A stretch of 64,000 nucleotides of DNA, from NCBI GenBank assembly GCA_965248355.1, contig OZ252098.1, positions 2,912,001 to 2,976,000 on the forward strand. The letters are read 5' to 3'. The DNA comes from Candidatus Latescibacterota bacterium (GTDB taxonomy: Bacteria > Latescibacterota > UBA2968 > UBA8231). A model generated the notes under the pieces. The model was not told the origin of the DNA. It saw only the letters and a program-made list of their open reading frames with translations, and searched no databases. How positions within the stretch are numbered: the first letter of the stretch is position 1; every line of letters starts with the position of its first letter. Below, in pieces: positions 18,087 to 27,387 of this stretch. Both the position numbers and the translations under genes were made by a program.

Positions 18087-20235
18087 TGCACCTTCGTGCT
18101 GATGCGTTGCGCGTCTGACGTGCATCAGCAAGATCCTGGGAGCGGGGGCATGGCCCTCGCTCCCCTCTTCAATGGAGATGAACACCATGCATTTCGCTAT
18201 CTCCTGCCTGCTGGTCTTGCTCGCCACCCGTGTCTTCGCCCACGCCGGCGACGAGATCTACCCCTTCCTCGAGCTGCTCGACGAGGACCTGGACCGCATC
18301 GACCTGACCGACGGCAGCGTCGAGGACTGGCTCGAGGTCCTCGGCGAGCCCTCGCTGACGGCCAGCGACTTCTATTGGGTGAACTATCACTACGATCCCT
18401 CGGAATTGGACTTCCGCATCTGGCTCGCCTGGCACCAGGGCAGCAACACCGTCTGGGTCGCCATGGAGCGCTTCGACGACCTCTACTTCAACCGCTACGA
18501 CGGGGGCAATGTCGCCGATATGTGGCTTTGGGATTCCAACATCGCCTTCTTTGTCGACGGCGACCACACCGCCGGGCAGTACAGCCAATATCACGGGCCC
18601 GACTGCAAGTATTGCACCCCCGAGCGGATTCTTGCCCGCAACCGTCAGGCGCAGCGGTGGTTGGCGATTGCCGAGGCGGCCAATGGCGAGATCCTGGGCT
18701 ACGACGGCTTCAGCGAGTGGGTGGTCCGGGAACCGTACGCCGCCGCGGGCAGCGGCGTCATCGGCCAGAGCCCGGCGATCACGGTCGTCGAGTTCAAGGT
18801 GACGCCCTTCGACGATCTCATCTACGACGACGAGGACGCCTCCGAGGTCTCGCAACTCCGCCCTGGCAAGACCATCGGGTTCACCATGACCACGAACGAC
18901 AACGACGCGACGGAGTACAAGGACGGATTGGGGCCGGCGATCCATCTCTCCCTCGGCCCCGAGGTGCTGAACCTGAGGGTCAACGCCTCTCTCTTCGTCG
19001 ACGGCCTGCTGGTCGGCGCGGGAGAAGACCCCTCCAGCTACGACGACGTTTCCGCCGTGGAGCCGTCCTCCTGGGCGCGCATCAAGGCCGCCCTGAAGTA
19101 GACCGCCCAGGGGGGCCACCGCCCTCCGGCCCCGCCAGCACGCCTGCGCCCCGATCTTCCCCTATATTCCCCGCTTCATCGGGGCTGAAGCGCTGCCGGT
19201 GTCAGTGGCCGTCGTAGTTCATCCTCGGGCGCCCTGATGCGTTGCGCGTCTGACGTGCATCAGCAAGATCTTGGGAGCGGGGGCATGGCCCTCGCTCCCT
19301 CTTCCTTGGAGACGAACATCATGCGTTTCGGTATTTCCTGCCTGTTGGTCTTGCTCGCCACCCGTGTCGTCGCCCACATCGGCGACGAGATCTACCCCTT
19401 CCTCGAGCTCCTCGACGAGGACCTTGCTCGCATCGACCTGACCGATGGCAGCGTCGAGGACTGGTTGGAAGTCATCGGCGAGCCCTCGCTGACGGCCAGC
19501 GACTTCTATTGGCTGAACTATCGCTACGATCCCTCGGAATTGGACTTCCGCATCTGGCTCGCGTGGCACCAGGCCAGCAACACCGTCTGGGTCGCCATGG
19601 AGCGCTTCGACGACCTCTACTTCAACCGCTACGACGGGGGCGGACTCAGCCGGATGCACCTCTGGGATTCCAGCATCGCCTTCCTGGTCGACGGCGACCA
19701 CACCGCCGGGGTGTACGGCGAATGGATCGGGGCCGAGCGCGACTGCGAGACATGCACGCCCGAGCGGGTTCTTTCCCACAACCGTCAGGCGCAGCGGTGG
19801 ATGGCGATTGCCGAGGCGCCCGATGGCGACATCCTGGACTACGACGGCTTCAGCGAGTGGGTGGTCCGGGAACCGTACGCCCTCGCCGGCAGCGGCGTCC
19901 TCGGCCATAGCCCGGCGACCACGGTCGTCGAGTTCATGGTGACGCCCTTCGACGATCTCATCTACGACGACGAGGACGCCTCCGAGGTCTCGCAACTCCA
20001 CCCTGGCAAGACCATCGGGTTCACCATGACCACCAGCGACAACGACGCTACTGGGCACCAGGACGGATTCGGGCCCAAGATACAGCTCACCCTCGGCGCC
20101 GAGGTGCTGAACCTGAGGGTCAACGCCTCTCTCTTCGTCGACGGCCTGTTGGTCGGCGCCGGAGAAGACCCCTCCCGCTACGACGACGTTTCCGCCGTGG
20201 AGCCGTCCTCCTGGGCGCGCATCAAGGCCGCCCTG
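18044..20235 (+). repeat. Tandem duplication (~18044-19095 / ~19175-20235) covering the defensin 3' end, spacer and CBM9-like gene
   Basis: Near-identical intergenic and coding sequence in both copies (e.g. gatgcgttgcgcgtctgacgtgcatcagcaagatc). Confidence 0.85.
18187..19101 (+). CDS. Secreted CBM9/DOMON-like protein, paralog 3
   Basis: Signal peptide VFA|HAGD; tail SAVEPSSWARIKAALK. Confidence 0.7.
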   Translation: MHFAISCLLVLLATRVFAHAGDEIYPFLELLDEDLDRIDLTDGSVEDWLEVLGEPSLTASDFYWVNYHYDPSELDFRIWLAWHQGSNTVWVAMERFDDLYFNRYDGGNVADMWLWDSNIAFFVDGDHTAGQYSQYHGPDCKYCTPERILARNRQAQRWLAIAEAANGEILGYDGFSEWVVREPYAAAGSGVIGQSPAITVVEFKVTPFDDLIYDDEDASEVSQLRPGKTIGFTMTTNDNDATEYKDGLGPAIHLSLGPEVLNLRVNASLFVDGLLVGAGEDPSSYDDVSAVEPSSWARIKAALK

Positions 20236-20250
20236 CGGGTGCGTCGCTGA
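19321..20250 (+). CDS. Secreted CBM9/DOMON-like protein, paralog 4
   Basis: Closest to paralog 3; tail SAVEPSSWARIKAALRVRR. Confidence 0.7.
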   Translation: MRFGISCLLVLLATRVVAHIGDEIYPFLELLDEDLARIDLTDGSVEDWLEVIGEPSLTASDFYWLNYRYDPSELDFRIWLAWHQASNTVWVAMERFDDLYFNRYDGGGLSRMHLWDSSIAFLVDGDHTAGVYGEWIGAERDCETCTPERVLSHNRQAQRWMAIAEAPDGDILDYDGFSEWVVREPYALAGSGVLGHSPATTVVEFMVTPFDDLIYDDEDASEVSQLHPGKTIGFTMTTSDNDATGHQDGFGPKIQLTLGAEVLNLRVNASLFVDGLLVGAGEDPSRYDDVSAVEPSSWARIKAALRVRR

Positions 20251-20257
20251 GCGGTGC

Positions 20258-20495
20258 AACCGCTTCGAGCCCCTGCACCTGGAGCCCGACCCGGCCGAGC
20301 CCGGCGAGGAGGGCTTTGAGGAGCGGGTCCCCACCAGCTACCTGATCGACGCCGGACGTCGGCTTCCGCTTCAGCCTCAACCCCTACCGCGGCTGCGAGC
20401 ACGGCTGCGTCTACTGCTACGCCCGGCCCGGCCACGAGTACCTCGGGTTCTCGGCGGGGCTCGACTTCGAGACCAGGATCCTGGTCAAGGAGCAG
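20258..20495 (+). pseudogene. Truncated duplicate of the PA0069 radical SAM 5' region
   Basis: Near-identical to ~15030-15299 with a 32-nt deletion between cgcc microhomologies; no start, 3' end missing. Confidence 0.9.
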
Positions 20496-20613
20496 CCGCG
20501 TCTCCCTGGCACACACCGATGTTTCCCGGAGGACCCACCCGACTCCGCGGCGGAGGTCGGGCGGATTCCTGCAAGTCCTTGGCCTCCAGGCCCGTGGAAG
20601 GCACGGGTGGAGC

Positions 20614-20629
20614 TGGCACGGTCTTTGTA
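20614..20629 (+). promoter_or_regulatory. Putative sigma54 (-24/-12) promoter
   Basis: TGGCACG-GTCT-TTGTA versus consensus TGGCACG-N4-TTGCW; ~50 nt upstream of the GT4 start; near-identical copy at 23834. Confidence 0.55.
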
Positions 20630-20676
20630 TCGGGCCTGTGTGCAACGTGGCATCCCTCCAACCCCGTCGATGGGAT

Positions 20677-21912
20677 ATGTCGCAGCCAGGCGTCACCCGC
20701 CCTGTGCCATCCGCGCGTCCTCAGCCGCGCCGGCCGGGTCCCGGTCCCGCAACCGGCCGTGGCCCGGGCCGGGGCATCATCGTGCTCAACGGCAACTTCG
20801 CGCCGGCGTCGGCGGCGGGACCTTTCAAGTACGGAGCCGTGGCCTATGCCCTGAAGGCGGCGGAGGCCCTCGACCGCCAGGGGCTGTTGGCCGGATTCCT
20901 TCTCTACCGGCGCGACGAGCGGTTGCACCGGCCGCGTCTGGAGCCGGTGTCGTTGCTCGGGTATCCCGCCCTCGAGCTCGGCTTTCACTTCGACATGGAT
21001 CGCGAGGTGTTGGCCGCGGCCCTGGAGGACGCCCGCGCGCGCCTGAACCGCGGGTGCCTCTACTACCAGACCAACGTGCTGCTGCCCTTTCACCCGCCGG
21101 GGCGGCCCCTCGTCGTCACCCATCACGCGCCCTTCGTCGACCACGTGGTCGAGGTCATGGGGGACCGCCTGGCCGCGGAGGCCTTCGGGGCCGGGCGCGC
21201 CAAGCTGGAGCACCTGCGGCACAGCCAGCGCATCGGACTGGACTGCCTGGTCCGCAGCCGCGGTTCCGCCGTGGAGATCTCGTCGATCCAGGCCGACTAC
21301 CTGCGGATGCACGGTGTGGAGCCTCGGTTCATCCACAGGATCTACCCACCCCTGGAGTGGCCCGACGGGGTGAACGGCCTCTCGCGGGAGGGTGCGCGTC
21401 TGCGGCGCTTCATCGCCGAGGCCGGCCCCCGGTTGGTCCTGTGCACGGCCTGCTCGCGGCTGGACGCCTTCAAGAACGTCGAACTCCTCGTGCAGGCCGC
21501 GTTGCGGCTGGTGAGGTCGGGTCTCGACCTGCGCGTGCTGATCATCGGGGGCCCCCCTCGGGATGGGGAGCGGCGGCGCCTGGAGAGACTGGTGGACGAG
21601 GGCCTGGCTCACCGTTTCCGCTTTGCCCCCAGGGTCCCGCGCGAAGACCTGGCCCGGGTGCTCGATGACCTGGCCGGCCGCGGCCTCTTCGTCTGTCCTT
21701 CCCGCTACGAGACTTGTGGTCTGACCCCCCTGGAGGCGGCGGCGCGGGGGGTGTGCACGTTGGTGGCGGACACGCCCGACAGGGTCGAGGCCGCGATCGC
21801 TGGTTCCGCCCCGGCACCGGTTCTCGCCCACGGTGGAGGGCCTTGGAGCCGCCGTGCGCCGAGTCGCCGAGCGACGGTCGGACCCTTGTTCGACGATCGG
21901 AGTCCTCGATGA
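20677..21912 (+). CDS. Family 4 glycosyltransferase (probable frameshift near 21794)
   Basis: [25 protein letters not shown] (E-x7-E); more natural-looking C-terminus continues in the 21833 frame. Confidence 0.8.
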   Translation: MSQPGVTRPVPSARPQPRRPGPGPATGRGPGRGIIVLNGNFAPASAAGPFKYGAVAYALKAAEALDRQGLLAGFLLYRRDERLHRPRLEPVSLLGYPALELGFHFDMDREVLAAALEDARARLNRGCLYYQTNVLLPFHPPGRPLVVTHHAPFVDHVVEVMGDRLAAEAFGAGRAKLEHLRHSQRIGLDCLVRSRGSAVEISSIQADYLRMHGVEPRFIHRIYPPLEWPDGVNGLSREGARLRRFIAEAGPRLVLCTACSRLDAFKNVELLVQAALRLVRSGLDLRVLIIGGPPRDGERRRLERLVDEGLAHRFRFAPRVPREDLARVLDDLAGRGLFVCPSRYETCGLTPLEAAARGVCTLVADTPDRVEAAIAGSAPAPVLAHGGGPWSRRAPSRRATVGPLFDDRSPR

Positions 21913-22069
21913 GAACGCACAGGCCGGCAGCCGCGCCTTCGACGAGCTTGTTCATCGCGGCGTGGCTCCGGATCACGGCACCGGAGGTTCGCGGCAGACG
22001 CCTGCCGCGCCGGCAGCGACCGGCCAGAGCTCTCTCCGGAGCCGTCCCATCCCGCCTGAGAAGTCCACC

Positions 22070-22705
22070 ATGCCCGGGGGCCGTTCCGCCCGCCTGGATC
22101 TGTCCACCCACTTCAACAACGCCGGCATCACCCCGGACGGGCGGCCGGGGGCCGGGGGCCTCGACGGGATGGGCACGGCCTTCCGCGCCGAGTGCCTCCC
22201 GGCCCCGGGGGGGACCATCGTCAGCGAGGAGACGCCCTTCCTCTTTCCGGGCCGGGACCGCGAGTCGAAGGACAACATCGCCTGCGAGGCCCAGGAGATC
22301 CCGTTGCCGCCGGGCGCCTGGGACGCCCTCCACGTGCTGGGCATGTGCGACTGGCGGGCCTTCGAGGAGCCCCTCCGGTTGAAGGCCCCCGACGGCACCT
22401 GCTTGGAGACGCGCCTGGGACTCAGCGACGCCCCGCGTTACCAGGGGCTTCAGTACGGAGAGAGCGTGGCTCTCTCGTGTCCACTGACGGCCCCCGATAC
22501 CTCGATTCCCCTTTCCTCCCTCATCGGGACCTCCCCGCCGGGAGCGGGTTACGAGATGAAGGAGACCCGCATCGAGGCGGGGATCTGGCACCAGGTGATC
22601 CACTTCCATGGGCCCCGGCCGCTATCGGGACTGGTGCTGCCGGACAACCCGTCCATGCACCTCTTCGCCTTGACCTTGGTCGCGGCGGACGAGGTCTCCC
22701 CATGA
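22070..22705 (+). CDS. Hypothetical beta-sandwich (carbohydrate-binding-like) protein; possibly the C-terminal domain of the upstream GT4
   Basis: LDLSTHFNNAGIT...DNIACEAQEIPLP...LHVLG...LPDNPSMHLFALTL; stop overlaps next start. Confidence 0.6.
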   Translation: MPGGRSARLDLSTHFNNAGITPDGRPGAGGLDGMGTAFRAECLPAPGGTIVSEETPFLFPGRDRESKDNIACEAQEIPLPPGAWDALHVLGMCDWRAFEEPLRLKAPDGTCLETRLGLSDAPRYQGLQYGESVALSCPLTAPDTSIPLSSLIGTSPPGAGYEMKETRIEAGIWHQVIHFHGPRPLSGLVLPDNPSMHLFALTLVAADEVSP

Positions 22706-23712
22706 AGAAGCGCATCGACGGTATTCCCTTCTGCACCAACCGGCACTACAACTGTGTCTACGTGGTGCTCGACAGCCTGCTGCGCTTCCACGGCCACGAG
22801 CCCACCGTGCCCTGCTTTTCCAATTGGGACTTCGTCTACTCCCGGGATGGCGGGCCGTTCGCCATCCACGGCCGCGCCATCCCCCTTCCCAGGATGCTCA
22901 ACGCCTTCGGGATCGGACTGCTCAACCGCGGCGCGGCGGACGGGGAAGCCGCGTGGAAGGCCGTGAGAACGCTGATAGACGCGGATACCCCGGTGGCCGT
23001 CGGCGTCGACGTCTTCGCCCTCGCCCGGGCCGGCCTCTACCCCCGCCTGCGCCATGCCGACCACCAGTACATCGCCGCCGGGTACGACGACGAGGCGGGT
23101 ACCGTCCACCTGATCGATCCCTCCCCCTGGCAGCCTTGTGCACGGGACCTCCCCCTCGGCCTGTTCCTCGCCAGTTGGGACATGAGCGAGTTCTCCGGGG
23201 TACGGGACCGGTACAACTGGACCTGGCTGGAGGCGCCGGCGCCACGTCCCACCTTGCGCCGCGGCCCCATGCAGGCCCTCCTGCGGCGCAACCTCCGGAG
23301 CATGTCGGCCTCCAGCGGCCAGGGCGGTCTCGTCCTGGGCCTGGAGGGTATCGGACAGCTCGCCGAGGATGCCGGGGCCTGGGCGGCATACGAGGAGCCC
23401 TTCCTCAAAAAGCACTTGCGGCGGTGCGCCGAGCTCCTGCTGGAGATCGCCGTGCTCCGGGAGGGGCACGGCCACTTCCTGCGCCACCTGGGCCAGCTCT
23501 TCGACCGTCCCGCGCTGGCCGGCCTCGGCGGGGAACTCGAGGCGATCTCGCAGGGCTGGTTCGTCGTGAAGAACCTGTGCCTCAAGGGCGCCCTCAAGGA
23601 GCCGGCGAGCCTCCTGCCCCGCATTCAGTCCCGGCTCCACGACATCGAGGCCCGCGAACGGAAAGCCCTGGCGGGGCTGGCAGCGGCGGTGGAAGCGCCG
23701 GCCCGGCTTTGA
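22702..23712 (+). CDS. BtrH N-terminal-like papain-fold protein (acyltransferase/peptidase)
   Basis: YNC (Cys), HQYIAAGYD (His), LIDP (Asp); helical C-terminal domain. Confidence 0.75.
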   Translation: MKKRIDGIPFCTNRHYNCVYVVLDSLLRFHGHEPTVPCFSNWDFVYSRDGGPFAIHGRAIPLPRMLNAFGIGLLNRGAADGEAAWKAVRTLIDADTPVAVGVDVFALARAGLYPRLRHADHQYIAAGYDDEAGTVHLIDPSPWQPCARDLPLGLFLASWDMSEFSGVRDRYNWTWLEAPAPRPTLRRGPMQALLRRNLRSMSASSGQGGLVLGLEGIGQLAEDAGAWAAYEEPFLKKHLRRCAELLLEIAVLREGHGHFLRHLGQLFDRPALAGLGGELEAISQGWFVVKNLCLKGALKEPASLLPRIQSRLHDIEARERKALAGLAAAVEAPARL

Positions 23713-23833
23713 AGTGTCACCTCCACGACGCATGGCTGACGCCGGACACACACAACTCGCCCGAGCCTCGACCGGGCCGCGCGGAGGCCGCAAGTCGTTG
23801 CCGTCCAGAACGCGCCGACCGCGCCGCCGGCCC

Positions 23834-23849
23834 TGGCACGGCCTTTGTA
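23834..23849 (+). promoter_or_regulatory. Putative sigma54 (-24/-12) promoter
   Basis: TGGCACG-GCCT-TTGTA, ~57 nt upstream of the second GT4. Confidence 0.55.
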
Positions 23850-23905
23850 TCGGACATGGGCGCCAGAGCATCCGCCCACCCACTCTCGCCGCGGAGACGC
23901 GCTGA

Positions 23906-25111
23906 ATGAACATCGGCCTGATCGGTCACGGCTTCCGGCCCATCGCCGGGGGCCTGGAGCGCCCGCTTCGGGACTGCGCCGCCGGCCTCGCCCGGCGCGG
24001 CTGCCGGGTCCGCGTGCTGTCCATCGTCGGAGAGGGGTGCCGGCTGCCGCGCGACGAGGTCCTGCACCCGCCCGGCGGCTCCCCCGTCCAGGTGCACCGG
24101 GCCGCGGTGCCGCGCCCGGCCGCCAACGGCGATCCTCTTGCCGAGCCGGAGATCCCGGCCAGCGCCTGCCGGGGGCTCGCCCCGCACTGGTGCTCGCTGC
24201 TGGCCGACGCCGACGTGGTCTGCACCTTCGGCGCTTCACCGGCCCTGGCCGGCGCCGAGGTCCGCGCGCGGCTCGGACTCCCCTTCATCGCCGTTCTCCC
24301 CGGTCTGCCCAGCCAGGCCGACGCCCGCTTCCAGGAGGTCCTGCGCTGCGGCGCCGATCTGTTCGTCGGCGTCTCCCGCTCCATGTGCCGGCGCGCCGAG
24401 GAGCGCTTCGGCCTGCGCATGATCCCGGTCTGCAACGGCGTCGATACCGGGTTCTTCCAGCCCGTAGCGGCCCCGGCCGCCGAGTCGGCCCTCGGCCGCT
24501 ACGAGGTGCTGCGCGGCCTCCCGGGCCCGCTGATCACCAGCCCCGCGCGGCTCGATCCGGGTAATGGGCTCGAGCTGCTGATCGAGGCCTTCGAGCTGGT
24601 CGTCTCCCTGCGCCCCGACACCAGTCTGCTGATCACGGGCCTCGGCAGCCTCCGCCATCACCCCCTGGGGAACTCCTACGCCGATTACCTGGCCGGCCTG
24701 GTGGAACTGAAGGAGCTGGGCGCCAAGGTGCGCTTCGGCCGCGGCGTGTTCGAGGCCCGGCACATGCCCGCTCTCTACTCGCGCTCCCACCTGTGCGTCC
24801 TGACCGGCGCCGGCGAGGGCTTCGGCCTCGAATGGGCCGAGTCGCTGGCCTGCGAGACACCGGTGGTGGCCACCCGCACCGAAGGCATGGCCGAACTCTT
24901 CGGCCACGGCACCGGAGGCCTCTTGGTCGACGGCCGCGATCCGGTGAAGGTGGCCCAGGGCATCCTCCCCCTGCTCGACGACGACGGCCTGCGGCGCCGC
25001 CTCGGCCGCAGCGGCCGCGAGCACGTCCGCCGCGCCTTCCCGCTGCAGGCGCAGGCCGACCGCTACCTCGAGCTGTTCACGTCCATCCGGGCCGCCCGCG
25101 CCGCCGCCTGA
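23906..25111 (+). CDS. Family 4 glycosyltransferase
   Basis: FRPIAGGLE, NGVDTGFF, ARLDPGNG, EGFGLEWAE (E-x7-E), TPVVAT. Confidence 0.88.
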   Translation: MNIGLIGHGFRPIAGGLERPLRDCAAGLARRGCRVRVLSIVGEGCRLPRDEVLHPPGGSPVQVHRAAVPRPAANGDPLAEPEIPASACRGLAPHWCSLLADADVVCTFGASPALAGAEVRARLGLPFIAVLPGLPSQADARFQEVLRCGADLFVGVSRSMCRRAEERFGLRMIPVCNGVDTGFFQPVAAPAAESALGRYEVLRGLPGPLITSPARLDPGNGLELLIEAFELVVSLRPDTSLLITGLGSLRHHPLGNSYADYLAGLVELKELGAKVRFGRGVFEARHMPALYSRSHLCVLTGAGEGFGLEWAESLACETPVVATRTEGMAELFGHGTGGLLVDGRDPVKVAQGILPLLDDDGLRRRLGRSGREHVRRAFPLQAQADRYLELFTSIRAARAAA

Positions 25112-25125
25112 GGAGACCGGAAAGG

Positions 25126-26559
25126 ATGCCTCAAATGCAGCCGGAGTTTCTCGAGTATCTCCATCTTCCCGACGACGGCACGGCCCTGCTGAAGCCCACC
25201 CTCGAGAGTCTGCTCGAGTTGGCCAGAGAAGAGGCCGGGGACGAGTTCCCGTCGATCCGGCAACGACTCGAGGACGCCCACGCCGCGCTCGGCGGCGATG
25301 CCCGGGCCGCCGCGAGTTCCTTCCAGGGGGTCCAGGCGGCATGGCCGAATCCCGCCGCTTCCATGGCGGCCGGCGTCGCCCTCGCCCTGGCGTCGGATTG
25401 GCGCGGCGCCCTGGAGGTCTTCTCCGCGAACGCCGACCTGCTCGAGGCGAGGGGCCTTCCCGAGGCGGCTCTGGGCTGCCGGCTGAACCAGGCCTACATG
25501 CACTCCGTTCTGGGCGACTCGTCCAGCGCCGAGTCGACCCTCGATCAAGTCGTGGGGGCCTCGAGGCTCGCCGGGAAGACCCGGCTGCTGGCAACCGGAC
25601 TCCACGCCAAGGCGGTCCTCCGGTTGCGTCACGGCCGTTTCCCGGAGGCCCGGCAGGAGTGTGAGAGGGCGATGGCGGAATGCCCCGGGGAGCCCGAGCT
25701 GGCCCAGGTCATGGGTACGCAGGGCGTTGCCTCCCAGGCCCTCGGAGAGCTCCCGCGGGCGGAGAAGGAGTTCAGGGCCTCCCTGTCGCTGGCCTCGGGG
25801 GCTTCGCCCTTAGCGGAGTTGCGGGCCTCGGTCAACCTGGCCGTGCTCTGCCAGCTCACGGCGCGCGGCACCGAGGCCCTGGACCTGCTCGCCGGGGCCA
25901 CGGCCATCGCCGAGCGGCAGGGGGACGTGCGGTTCCTCGCCAAGGTTCGGTTCCTGCGGGCCCTGCTGGCCTTCGCGGAGACCGGGGAGGAGGCCATCCC
26001 GGCCGCCCTCGACGGCGTCGAGCAGATGCGCATCCATGGCTACCGCAAGGGAGAGCTGGACTCCATTGCCATGGTGGTCCCGTGCCTCCTCGAGTGCGGC
26101 AAGGCCCTGGAAGCGGAGACCCTGGCCGCGTCGGCGGTGAGCACGGCGGAAGAAACCGGATACCTGGCCGGGCTCCTCGAAGCGATGTCCAGCGCCGCCC
26201 TGGTCCATCTCGCCGGCGCCGACCTCGAGCGCGCGAGGGAGATGGCTTGCCGCCTCCTTGAGAAGAGCGCCGCGGCGGAGCTGCCCATGATCGCCGTCAA
26301 GGCCCACCGGGTCCTGTCGGACGTGTCGCTGCAGGAGGGAGAGCCGGAAAGAGCCCTGGAGCACCTTCGACGGGCGGAGGGAGCGGCCGCGGAGATGGGG
26401 GCCCAGGTGCTGCAGTGCCACCTCATGGAGGGAGTGGCCGGCCTCCTCGAGATCTGCGGAAGAATCGACGAGGCCGAGGCGGAGAGAGCGGCCGCCCAGG
26501 CGCGGGCGCTCTCCATCGGAGTGGGGAGGACTACCGGAGTCGGGAACAACATCGAATGA
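25126..26559 (+). CDS. TPR-repeat (MalT-TPR-like) protein with no recognisable output domain
   Basis: Repeated Ala/Leu-rich helical TPR-like units (e.g. NLAVLCQLTARGTEALDLL). Confidence 0.7.
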   Translation: MPQMQPEFLEYLHLPDDGTALLKPTLESLLELAREEAGDEFPSIRQRLEDAHAALGGDARAAASSFQGVQAAWPNPAASMAAGVALALASDWRGALEVFSANADLLEARGLPEAALGCRLNQAYMHSVLGDSSSAESTLDQVVGASRLAGKTRLLATGLHAKAVLRLRHGRFPEARQECERAMAECPGEPELAQVMGTQGVASQALGELPRAEKEFRASLSLASGASPLAELRASVNLAVLCQLTARGTEALDLLAGATAIAERQGDVRFLAKVRFLRALLAFAETGEEAIPAALDGVEQMRIHGYRKGELDSIAMVVPCLLECGKALEAETLAASAVSTAEETGYLAGLLEAMSSAALVHLAGADLERAREMACRLLEKSAAAELPMIAVKAHRVLSDVSLQEGEPERALEHLRRAEGAAAEMGAQVLQCHLMEGVAGLLEICGRIDEAEAERAAAQARALSIGVGRTTGVGNNIE

Positions 26560-26608
26560 ACACGGGGGCATCTACGAGGGCGCTACATTCACCGGAAGGA
26601 GATCCATC

Positions 26609-26836
26609 ATGAACAGACTCATCAAGCCCCAGAAGCAGTCTTACACCGGCGAGGACGCCCAGGTCCTTGCTTATTCCGATGCCTGCGAGATAGCATGGCT
26701 CATGAACCTCTGCTCTGGCGGCATAGGCGCCGCAGTCTTGTTGGGCCTCGCCGTGCCGCCGGCCCTGGTCGCGTTCGGCGTGTCGTGCTTCATCATGTAC
26801 GTCATCACCTCGGCGGCGTGCAAGGGCTACATCTGA
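26609..26836 (+). CDS. RiPP/bacteriocin-like precursor peptide 1 (75 aa)
   Basis: GAAGGAG RBS; leader MNRLIKPQKQSYTGEDAQVLAY, 4-Cys hydrophobic core ending KGYI. Confidence 0.88.
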   Translation: MNRLIKPQKQSYTGEDAQVLAYSDACEIAWLMNLCSGGIGAAVLLGLAVPPALVAFGVSCFIMYVITSAACKGYI

Positions 26837-26950
26837 TCCATTCCTCCCCGGCCCTTCTTTCAGTCGTGGACCGTCCTGATGAGCGGGACGAACAACGAAT
26901 GAACAGGGGGCATCTACGTGGGCGCTACATTCACCGGAAGGAGATCCATC

Positions 26951-27166
26951 ATGAACAGACTCAACAAGCCCCGAAAGCAGTCCTACACGGGCGATGACAC
27001 TCAGGTCGTTGCCTACTCCCGTCTCTGCGAGATGACGTGGACGACCGCCTTCTGCACAAGCTCCCTGCCCTTCCTCGGCGGCGTGCATCCCTTCCTGGTC
27101 GCGGTGGGAGTGAGCTGCTCCATCTTCTCCATGGTCTGTTCGGCGGTGAGCAACGGTTACATCTGA
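26951..27166 (+). CDS. RiPP/bacteriocin-like precursor peptide 2 (71 aa)
   Basis: Same RBS/5' block; leader MNRLNKPRKQSYTGDDTQVVAY, core ending NGYI. Confidence 0.88.
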   Translation: MNRLNKPRKQSYTGDDTQVVAYSRLCEMTWTTAFCTSSLPFLGGVHPFLVAVGVSCSIFSMVCSAVSNGYI

Positions 27167-27387
27167 TCCCGTCACGCCGAGACTTGCGGCATAGACGCGA
27201 ACGTCGATAAGACAAACCCCTTAGCGCCCCGTAGATGCCCCCATGATCGAATCGTCTCGTCCCTGCCATGATCCCCATCCATGCCACCGGTTCTTTTGGA
27301 GTCGGGGCCCGTGACGGGGGGACGAACAACGAATTGAACAGGGGGCATCTACGTGGGCGCTACATTCACATCGGAAGGAGATCCATC

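Noticed and set aside
9979..20250. Paralog variation as a diversity-generating retroelement
   Set aside because: No reverse transcriptase or template repeat; variation includes indels and is not adenine-specific.
26871..26893. CTGATGAG...GAAC as a hammerhead ribozyme core between precursors 1 and 2
   Set aside because: GAAC rather than GAAA, no proper stem II, and not conserved in the other spacer; better explained as a simple cgtcc/ggacg hairpin.
26543..27387. Repeated ~65-nt blocks as a CRISPR array
   Set aside because: The 'spacers' are 300-400 nt and contain homologous ORFs; there are no cas genes. These are duplicated 5' UTRs.
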